From IMG/VR virus record IMGVR_UViG_3300009502_000036, positions 14,092-78,091 of that record: DNA of 64,000 bases, one strand, 5' to 3'. Position numbers and translations under genes: made by a program. Origin of the DNA: a virus. Positions 20,240 to 28,222 of the stretch are shown in pieces. Positions within the stretch are counted from its first letter, which is position 1; every line of letters starts with the position of its first letter. The notes beneath the pieces are model-generated. The model had not been told where the DNA came from. It saw only the letters and a program-made list of their open reading frames with translations, and made no database searches.

Positions 20240-21163
20240 GTGGATAAAACAACATACAAACACATAGTACATACAAAAATGACGACGACAACATTCGCAG
20301 ATTTAAAAAAATCACGCAAGAGTAATTTCGACGAACTTACAAAAAAAGTCGAACAGTTAATTTCTCCTACAAGAGAATCTTTTTCAGATGATCGATTTTG
20401 GGTACCTACAATTGACAAAGCTGGCAATGGTTACAATGTAATCAGATTTCTTCCTGCAAAGGCTGGAGAAAGTTATCCATGGATTAGTTATTTTGATCAT
20501 GGATTTCAAGGACCAACCGGATTATGGTACATCGAAAAATCTTTAACAACAATTGGTGGACAAGATCCATTGGGTGACTATAATTCCAAACTTTGGAATT
20601 CTGGTGTAGAAGCAAATAAGGAACAAGCTAGAAAACAGAAAAGGCGTCTTCATTATGTTTCTAACATTTACGTTGTTAGTGATTCTGCACATCCAGAAAA
20701 TGAAGGGAAAATTTTCCTATTTCAATATGGCAAAAAGCTTTTCCAGAAGATTAATGAAGCTATGAATCCACAGTATGAAGATGAAACTCCAATTAACCCA
20801 TTTGACTTCTGGGAAGGAGCAAATTTCAAACTAAAAATTCGTAACTATGAAGGCTATCGTAATTATGATAAATCAGAGTTTGATACTACAGGTCCTTTGT
20901 TTGATGATGACAAAAAGTTGGAAAAAATATATAATGATCTTTATAGTTTAAGTGACTTCTTGGATCCTAAAAATTTCAAGACATATGAAGAACTAGAAAA
21001 GAAACTGAATAAAGTTCTATTCTTGGAAGATAATGAACCAAGACAGAAAGCAGAAGTACCTACACCACAAGAAAGCCGTAGGTCTATTAATGACAAAATA
21101 CAAGATGATGACGATGATTCTATTGATACTGACTTCTTTAAGCGATTAGCTCAGGAAGATTAA
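20240..21163 (+). CDS. gp32: single-stranded DNA-binding protein gp32
   Basis: DDRFW, GNGYNVIRFLP, HGFQGPTG.WYIE, NPFDFWEGANFKLKIR, acidic tail; start probably ATG20279. Confidence 0.95.
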   Translation: MDKTTYKHIVHTKMTTTTFADLKKSRKSNFDELTKKVEQLISPTRESFSDDRFWVPTIDKAGNGYNVIRFLPAKAGESYPWISYFDHGFQGPTGLWYIEKSLTTIGGQDPLGDYNSKLWNSGVEANKEQARKQKRRLHYVSNIYVVSDSAHPENEGKIFLFQYGKKLFQKINEAMNPQYEDETPINPFDFWEGANFKLKIRNYEGYRNYDKSEFDTTGPLFDDDKKLEKIYNDLYSLSDFLDPKNFKTYEELEKKLNKVLFLEDNEPRQKAEVPTPQESRRSINDKIQDDDDDSIDTDFFKRLAQED

Positions 21164-21175
21164 TACTTATCATTC

Positions 21176-21203
21176 AAAGGGGTAGAATATTCTATCCCTT
21201 TTT
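21176..21203 (+). terminator. intrinsic terminator after gp32
   Basis: aaaggggtagaa-ta-ttctatcccttt followed by a T run. Confidence 0.65.
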
Positions 21204-21222
21204 ATTATGAAAATATGGAAAA

Positions 21223-22224
21223 ATGTTTAACAAAGAATTTGGTGAGCAAAAAGCACTTCTAAGAGAATTTAACATTCCCGAATGTATTCTTAAAAAATAT
21301 AACGAGCATCATAGATTCTATCATAATCAAAATCATATCAATGATTTGTGGATTAAAGGTAGCAAAATGATTACTAAACATGACATTGGTGTACCGTATG
21401 ATCTAGGATTAGCAATTATTTTTCATGATATTATATATGATCCAAAATCAAAGGATAATGAAAAGAAAAGTGCAGAATTTTTAATGTCTTTTGCTAAGAA
21501 TGACAAATTTCCAACTAGCAGATATGATATTTTTATAAGAGCATATAATGCCATTCTAGATACAGAGAATCACGAACCAAAGACTGAATTGGGTAAAGTT
21601 TTATGTGAAATAGATGTTAGTTCTCTTCATGAAGACTTTGATGTTCTTCTAAAAAATGAGGAACTTATAGCAAAAGAATATCAATATTTACCTTATGAAA
21701 AATACGTAAGTGGAAGAATAAATTTTTTAATTGAGTTCTATAAAAATAACATCGATTTAGGAAAGGTGTTTAATTCTTATATTTCCTTCGTAAAAAATAA
21801 AAAGCCTAATATTGGACTTTATGCAGGTACCTTTAATCCGTTTCATAAAGGGCATCTTAATATTTTAGAGAAGGCGGAGAAAATATTCGATAAGGTTATT
21901 ATTTTATACGGCAATAATACAGCTAAAGATAATTCTATTACTAAAATTGTTCCTAAGTATATAGAAAATAGAGAAATAGTTCATCATAGCGGTTTATTGG
22001 TAGATTATATCAATTCATTACCTTATGATGTTACTCTTATAAGAGGACTAAGAAATACTACAGATTTGCAAGCAGAATTAAATCTTTATAGATTTTTGAA
22101 TGATATGAAACCTGATATTAAAATTATTAATATTTTTTGCGATGCAGAATGCGAACATATTTCTAGTAGTTCTTTAAAGGAAATAGAAAAATTTACGTCT
22201 ATTAAAAATTACATTGTAGAATGA
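21223..22224 (+). CDS. HD-domain phosphohydrolase fused to phosphopantetheine adenylyltransferase (CoaD-like)
   Basis: HRFYHN..H, FHDIIYDP...NE..SA (HD domain); YAGTFNPFHKGH (HxGH), IRGLRN..D...E, ISSS (CoaD). Confidence 0.85.
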   Translation: MFNKEFGEQKALLREFNIPECILKKYNEHHRFYHNQNHINDLWIKGSKMITKHDIGVPYDLGLAIIFHDIIYDPKSKDNEKKSAEFLMSFAKNDKFPTSRYDIFIRAYNAILDTENHEPKTELGKVLCEIDVSSLHEDFDVLLKNEELIAKEYQYLPYEKYVSGRINFLIEFYKNNIDLGKVFNSYISFVKNKKPNIGLYAGTFNPFHKGHLNILEKAEKIFDKVIILYGNNTAKDNSITKIVPKYIENREIVHHSGLLVDYINSLPYDVTLIRGLRNTTDLQAELNLYRFLNDMKPDIKIINIFCDAECEHISSSSLKEIEKFTSIKNYIVE

Positions 22225-23889
22225 AATATAAAACAGATAACATAGTGAAATATATACCGAATCTGCTTCTAAGTTTTTATTGTAGTCACAAATATAGAAA
22301 TATAACATTACTATTAATAAAATTAGACTGGATTTTAGTAAGATGAAATATAATGTTCATACCGTAAATTATGCAATTCATAATGCTTATTTTTGGAGTG
22401 TTTAGTATAGATTTTTATAATTTTTATATCAAATTGTATTATTATTATGCAATTATTTTTAAACATCAGATCAAAAACTTAATTGTTAGATGAACTATAA
22501 CATACATACAGTGTTATGAAAGTTGGAATGGGGGACAATGTTATATGTTTGAAGGTGAGTTTAACTATCAGAAAAATACCATTTACAATAGTATAATAAA
22601 AAATGATTAATACGATTAAATTTCTACACTAGAAAATGAAACATTATAAGACGGGATTAATTTTTAGTAAAAATTTATGTTATTTTGATAAAGAACTTCT
22701 TAGAAATGAAATTTTTTCTAGTGTTCCTATTTGGATTATTTTTAATGGTGTAAGTGTTAGAAGAATGGAATTATTTTTTAATCTTTTAGCTCAATGAAAC
22801 AATATAGAATTAAACAACACAATGTTTTTCTGGGAGGTTGTTATTGGGAAGTTGGTGAATTATTATTACCGTCTGATATCCAACTTACCTTTCCTTTACG
22901 AAAATATTTAAATCTAAAATTTGGTTTAATTTTAATATAATGAAATATAATGTTCGTAGTAAGATGAAATATAATATAGATGCGATTCCGATTTATTTCA
23001 ATTTTCATATTTTTTGTTCAATTTATCCTCGGCATGAATTGGGTTCGATAATAAACAATCTTTCAATTCTATACTTTCTTGTAAATATAACAGATCTACT
23101 TGATAAGACCAAAATAAGATGAAAAAATATAACACAGAAAAAATAAATCGTAATATTACGAGAATATATTCTATAGTATTTCGCGACTCTAATTATTATT
23201 TTATTAAGTTTCAAAATCAATTAATTTACACCAGATACGGTATACCATGTCTATGGTTAGAAGAACTTGAACGTGATCTTTATCAATCTAGATGTTTTAA
23301 TGTAGACTTTTAAAAAATGAAATATAATATTAACACAGTAAATGAAAATTTAAAAGCTAGCATTCTAGTAGATTTTTTCTATTCGGATTTCATGTCTTTC
23401 GCTCATATATTCAAAAATCCAGAATATAAATTACTATTAGAAAAATTTCCCGGGATTTTAGTAAGATGAAATACGATATTAACAATATAAATATATTTCT
23501 AGGAGAGAATTTGCATCCAATTAAAAGTTTTTATTCGAATTTTAGATTTTATATGGATAAATATAGAAATATACCAGAACATGTATTGCTATCAATAAAA
23601 CTAAACCAGATTTTAGTAAGATGAAATACGATATTAACAATATAAATAATAAAATAACGGGTGATTGGTCACCTTATGATTTTGCTTTTGATATTTTAGC
23701 ATTTGAAATTAAAGTTTATTTACAAAATTGGATCATATGACGAATAACTATAACACGAAAAACATAAATTATGAAATTCATAGTAATATCTGTAATAAAA
23801 GGTTTGGAATGCCTTTAATTGGCGATTTTGTATATGAAATATATTTAGCAATAAGTAGTTCGGTATATTTACCATATATAGTTAGATGA
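22221..23889 (+). repeat. tandem array of ~11 ATGA-coupled mini-ORFs (39-64 aa) with a repeated junction sequence
   Basis: starts at 22221, 22343, 22490, 22636, 22794, 22940, 23119, 23317, 23466, 23621, 23737; junction gattttagtaagATGAaata at 22331, 23454, 23609; 40-bp exact repeat 23454-23493 = 23609-23648. Confidence 0.8.
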
Positions 23890-24455
23890 TACATACATTT
23901 ATACCTTATGCGCACCGATCAGAGAATAAAAATCTTGGCGCAGTTTATAATCGATATATGAATATGATTAACGATGACGATTGGGCATGTTTTTTAGATG
24001 CAGATGCAATGTTTACGACATCTGATTATCATGAGCAATTAGAAACTATTACAACTGCTATAGATTCAAAGAATTTAAATGTTGGTCTATTAACTGCAGT
24101 TACGAATAGAATAGGTAATGTTGAACAAATCGTATTTTCTAAAGATTCCGACGATGCTTATAATCATGATTTTTCTTTTCATAGAAAAATAGGAAAAAAT
24201 TTACAGGAAAAAAATAGGTATCTTTTAAAAGAATGCAAAGATCCTATTAGCGGAGTTGTTTTATTATTACCTAAAAGAGTATGGAAACAAACAGAAGGAT
24301 TTATAAATGGATTTTTAAGTGTAGATAATCATATCGACTACGCTATAAGAAGAGCTGGTTTTCGTACTTGTATTATGGAAGGATTATATGTCTATCATTG
24401 GTATAGAAATGATTGGAAAGAAACCAATGGATTAGCTCCTACCGGATATAAATAA
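23886..24455 (+). CDS. glycosyltransferase family 2-like protein
   Basis: NLGAVYN, WACFLDADAMF (DxD), SGVVLL...W...GF..GFL.VDN, YVYHWYR. Confidence 0.75.
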   Translation: MIHTFIPYAHRSENKNLGAVYNRYMNMINDDDWACFLDADAMFTTSDYHEQLETITTAIDSKNLNVGLLTAVTNRIGNVEQIVFSKDSDDAYNHDFSFHRKIGKNLQEKNRYLLKECKDPISGVVLLLPKRVWKQTEGFINGFLSVDNHIDYAIRRAGFRTCIMEGLYVYHWYRNDWKETNGLAPTGYK

Positions 24456-24559
24456 AAAATTTCTTATTCTCAAAAAAGTTTCTATATTATAAACATCAAA
24501 TGAAATAATTTTTACAACAAACAACAAACAACAATAACAAAAACAAAACAAAAAACATT

Positions 24560-24763
24560 ATGAAAAAGATCACAATTATTAGCGCTTTCCTTTCTATCAT
24601 TCTTGCTAGCGCACCATCTTTTGCTGCAGATACGACTGCACCAGTTACAGCAAAAACAGAAGTAGTAACAGCTAAGAAAGCAATGAAAGCTCCTAAAGTT
24701 ACAAAAAAGAAAGTAGTAGCAGCTAAGAAATCAGTGAAGGTTGCAACTCCAACAGTTAAGTAA
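24560..24763 (+). CDS. secreted Lys/Ala-rich small protein
   Basis: Sec signal ending SFA, then a low-complexity basic tail. Confidence 0.75.
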   Translation: MKKITIISAFLSIILASAPSFAADTTAPVTAKTEVVTAKKAMKAPKVTKKKVVAAKKSVKVATPTVK

Positions 24764-24787
24764 TCAATAACAAAAACAAAAAACATT

Positions 24788-25456
24788 ATGAAAAAAATTA
24801 CATTTTTAATAGCATTGTTTGGGATGTTACTTATGTCTACAGTAACATCTTATGCATCTGATTTGGTAACCTCTGGAAGTGTTGGTGTTTATAGTAGATA
24901 TTTTGATCATGGTTATGATCAAAGTAATGGGAAAGCATTTTCTACTCTTTCTGGTACTGTAGCTTACGACGCACTATCTGTAAGTGTTCTTGCAAAACAG
25001 TCTATTTCAGGACAAAGTGGTTATAATGGAATTGAAGGATCTGTTGATTATGCATTAAGCAAAAATGCTTCTTTCGGTGTAAGATCGTATTCTATTGCTG
25101 ATGTAAGAAATGATCAGGATTTGGATGCTCATATCTCACTTACTGATGGTGCATTTACTATTAATGCAGAAAGAAGAATAGCTGGAATTAACACGTCTGG
25201 AACTTATGGAGAACTTGTTATTACAACTCATCCAATTAAGAATATAGATGTTCAGATTGTTTCTGGTGTAGGTAATAAAATTTATACCGCTAGTAATGAT
25301 TTGAAATTCCAACTTGTCAACGAAGCAATAGTTATTAAAACTAATGTTGCTAATGACGTTTCTGTTTTTGGTACCGCGGTTTACAATTCTGCATTGCATC
25401 AGACATTCAAAACAAATGATATTCTTTATGGAGTAGGTCTTTCGGTTAATCTCTAA
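24788..25456 (+). CDS. putative outer-membrane beta-barrel protein
   Basis: signal peptide, alternating amphipathic strands, C-terminal YGVGLSVNL. Confidence 0.65.
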   Translation: MKKITFLIALFGMLLMSTVTSYASDLVTSGSVGVYSRYFDHGYDQSNGKAFSTLSGTVAYDALSVSVLAKQSISGQSGYNGIEGSVDYALSKNASFGVRSYSIADVRNDQDLDAHISLTDGAFTINAERRIAGINTSGTYGELVITTHPIKNIDVQIVSGVGNKIYTASNDLKFQLVNEAIVIKTNVANDVSVFGTAVYNSALHQTFKTNDILYGVGLSVNL

Positions 25457-25476
25457 AAAGAACTTTAGTATATCAA

Positions 25477-25510
25477 AGAAATGGCTCCTAATAGGAGCCA
25501 TTTCTGTTTT
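25477..25510 (+). terminator. intrinsic terminator
   Basis: perfect inverted repeat agaaatggctccta-a-taggagccatttct followed by a T run. Confidence 0.8.
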
Positions 25511-25573
25511 TATTGCAATTATATAATTTTATAAATAGAAATAATATTATATAACAATAAAAAGGAGGATTAT

Positions 25574-25969
25574 ATGCCTACAGATACAGATTTGCTAAGT
25601 GGAATATATTCAGCAATAATTAATTCTTTGTCTATACCATATATAGTTTCTACAAATATTCTCATCTATTTAATTATCAAATTTATAGATTATTTAAATA
25701 AAGAGAAATATGTTCCCGGAATAACAAAAAAGATTATAACTGCTATAGTCGGTCTTAGTATGGGAATTTTATTTCATTTTATAGGAACCACAACGACAGA
25801 AGTTCTTATAACATCTTTCTTAGTTGTTCCCTTTTCTTATAAATATATAATCAAATATATTTTAAAAACATTTGGTGTTTATTATAGAGATTTACCAGGA
25901 AAAACTGAAGAAGAAGACAAAAAGGCAGCAGATGATGCAATGAATAGTGATTCAAATATAAATTTATAA
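25574..25969 (+). CDS. putative holin / membrane protein
   Basis: three hydrophobic segments and a charged C-terminus; late promoter; upstream of the endolysin. Confidence 0.55.
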   Translation: MPTDTDLLSGIYSAIINSLSIPYIVSTNILIYLIIKFIDYLNKEKYVPGITKKIITAIVGLSMGILFHFIGTTTTEVLITSFLVVPFSYKYIIKYILKTFGVYYRDLPGKTEEEDKKAADDAMNSDSNINL

Positions 25970-26100
25970 ATAATTCACGCTTTAATATTTAACTTTGTAA
26001 ATCAATACTATAGACAGTAGCATCATTTTAAACTATTGGTGCTACTGTCTGTTTATTAAGAAAATTACATAATTAATAACAATCCTCATATTTAAAATAA

Positions 26101-26718
26101 ATGGATTTTTTAACAAAAGAAAAACTTGAAAAGATAATTATAGGTAATAGTCATATAGATAATTGGTTTTTAGCACTCATTACTATATTACCAAAATATG
26201 AAATAAACACTATTATTAGAGTAGGAGCATTTTTAGCTCAAACTGCACATGAAAGTGGTAATTATATGATTATAAAGGAAAATTTAAATTATAGAGCTGC
26301 TGCACTTATGACAGTTTTTAGAAAATATTTTCCTACAATAGAAATGGCTACAGCTTATGAACATAAGCCTGAAAAAATTGCTAATAGAGTATATGCTAAT
26401 AGAATAGGAAATGGACCTGAAACTTCTGGTGATGGATTTAAGTTCTGTGGAAGAGGTTTAATTCAATTGACTGGTAAAAGTAACTATACTGCTTTTGCTA
26501 AATGTATAGGAAAGTCGGTAGATGAAACAATACTTTATATGGAAACTCCTACGGGTGCATTGGAGAGTGCATGTTGGTATTGGAAAGAAAATAATCTAAA
26601 TATCTACGCAGATTCTAAGGATATCAAAACAATGTCTATACGAATAAATGGAGGTACTATAGGTCTAGATGATCGTATAGCACGTTACAATAAAGCAATA
26701 CAAATATTGGAGGCTTAA
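26101..26718 (+). CDS. glycoside hydrolase family 19 endolysin
   Basis: FLAQTAHES, ENLNY, GRGLIQLTG, SACWYW, RINGG..GL.DR. Confidence 0.92.
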   Translation: MDFLTKEKLEKIIIGNSHIDNWFLALITILPKYEINTIIRVGAFLAQTAHESGNYMIIKENLNYRAAALMTVFRKYFPTIEMATAYEHKPEKIANRVYANRIGNGPETSGDGFKFCGRGLIQLTGKSNYTAFAKCIGKSVDETILYMETPTGALESACWYWKENNLNIYADSKDIKTMSIRINGGTIGLDDRIARYNKAIQILEA

Positions 26719-26720
26719 TT

Positions 26721-27200
26721 ATGTGGATATTACATTTAATACCAGATTCTTTTTTGAATATAATAGTAAATTTTGTTATTCTTCTTGGAATAGTGATGGT
26801 AATTATATCATTCTTTTTTGAAAATCAACTTCTAAAAATATTACCACCGAATATTGCTATTAACCCTATACAGCAAAAGTTATTTCAAGCATTGAGTGTT
26901 GCTGTTCTATTGACTGGAGTGTATTGGAAAGGTGGATATGGAACAGAAATGAAATGGAGAGCGCGTGTTGCAGAAGTCGAGGCTAAATTGAAAATTGCAG
27001 AAGCGCAAAGTGCAAAAGTGACGGAGAAAATCGTTACAGTTACAAAAGAAAAGATTGTATATATTAACAAACATACGGCATCTGTTTCAACCGAAATATC
27101 TACAAATGAGGATGAAATAAATAAAGGAAGTGTTTTAACACCTTTAGCAGTTAAAATTTATAATGAAGCTGTAAGTGGACCAAACGAGGAACATAAATGA
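26721..27200 (+). CDS. putative i-spanin (Rz-like)
   Basis: N-terminal TM segments then a coiled coil; directly after the endolysin. Confidence 0.65.
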   Translation: MWILHLIPDSFLNIIVNFVILLGIVMVIISFFFENQLLKILPPNIAINPIQQKLFQALSVAVLLTGVYWKGGYGTEMKWRARVAEVEAKLKIAEAQSAKVTEKIVTVTKEKIVYINKHTASVSTEISTNEDEINKGSVLTPLAVKIYNEAVSGPNEEHK

Positions 27201-27454
27201 AAAAAATATATATACTACTGTTATTATTGGTTGGTTGTCAATCTGTGCCTACAAAAAGAAATTTTCCAGAACCACCATCTGATTTGATTGTTTCATCTAA
27301 ATTAATTTTGTTAGATAGTAACACCACAAAAATTTCAGATCTTTTACAGAATGCAAACCAAAACTATGGATCTTATTATATCCTTAAAGCTAAAAATGAT
27401 GCATGGATAGAATGGTATAAACAACAAAAGAATATTTGGAATTCAGTCAAGTAA
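27197..27454 (+). CDS. putative o-spanin (Rz1-like lipoprotein)
   Basis: lipobox LVGC followed by a Pro-rich segment; overlaps the Rz-like gene. Confidence 0.7.
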   Translation: MKKIYILLLLLVGCQSVPTKRNFPEPPSDLIVSSKLILLDSNTTKISDLLQNANQNYGSYYILKAKNDAWIEWYKQQKNIWNSVK

Positions 27455-27625
27455 TTGAAATGCTAAAATTCCAACGGAAGATAATACTAGGAATAGTATT
27501 GTAATAATTCTATTCATTAATATATCTGTTTTAGATAAAACATGGATTTTTAATTCACGCACCCCTTCATCAACTTCATTTAATCTTTTTACTGTTTTCG
27601 TTATAAGATTTTCTACATTTTCCAT
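27443..27625 (-). CDS. small coiled-coil plus C-terminal TM protein
   Basis: same architecture as the two adjacent ORFs. Confidence 0.5.
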   Translation of the reverse strand: MENVENLITKTVKRLNEVDEGVRELKIHVLSKTDILMNRIITILFLVLSSVGILAFQLLD

Positions 27626-27638
27626 AATATAACGTATT

Positions 27639-27845
27639 TTATGGTAAAAATAATCTAGATATGTGTAGTCCTGTTAAAAATATACAAGCACAAAGAACTG
27701 CAGATATAATTTTCATTTGAAACTCCAGAACATCAAATCTTTTTTCAAATCCCCTTTTAAACTTGTCTATGTTTTTTTCTACAATATCCAATTTTTCTTC
27801 CAATTCAGAATATGGAGATTTAATCACTTTTTCAGGTGTTGACAT
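27639..27845 (-). CDS. small coiled-coil plus C-terminal TM protein
   Basis: heptad pattern then a hydrophobic tail. Confidence 0.55.
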   Translation of the reverse strand: MSTPEKVIKSPYSELEEKLDIVEKNIDKFKRGFEKRFDVLEFQMKIISAVLCACIFLTGLHISRLFLP

Positions 27846-27847
27846 TG

Positions 27848-28165
27848 TTATTTTTTAATTATAGTTGATAAAAGACCTACTAATTCTAAGACCACTCCGC
27901 CTAATAAACCCCATATCCAAAATGTAAGAGTATCCCACTTCTTGTCAAAATTAACTTTTGTAGATTCAATATCATCATCTATATCATCTATTCTAGTATC
28001 AACTCTTTTTATTTCTTTGATATCGGAAAGTCTTCTTTCTACACAAAGATCATGTGTTGTAAAATTAGTTAATTTATTTTCTATTTTTTCAATGTCCTTT
28101 TTTACTGACTCATATACTTTTGATATTTGTTCTAGAACCCATGCTTTAGATATCTCTTCGGGCAT
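27848..28165 (-). CDS. coiled-coil plus C-terminal TM protein
   Basis: heptad pattern then FWIWGLLGGVVLELVGLL. Confidence 0.6.
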   Translation of the reverse strand: MPEEISKAWVLEQISKVYESVKKDIEKIENKLTNFTTHDLCVERRLSDIKEIKRVDTRIDDIDDDIESTKVNFDKKWDTLTFWIWGLLGGVVLELVGLLSTIIKK

Positions 28166-28222
28166 TGTGTTTTGTTTTTATGTTATCGTTGTGCATAATA
28201 TTTATTTATGAAAATATCGTTT

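Noticed and set aside
22221-23889. CRISPR array interpretation of the junction repeats
   Set aside because: Intervening segments are over 100 bp, encode related ORFs, the repeats are degenerate and non-palindromic, and no cas genes are present.
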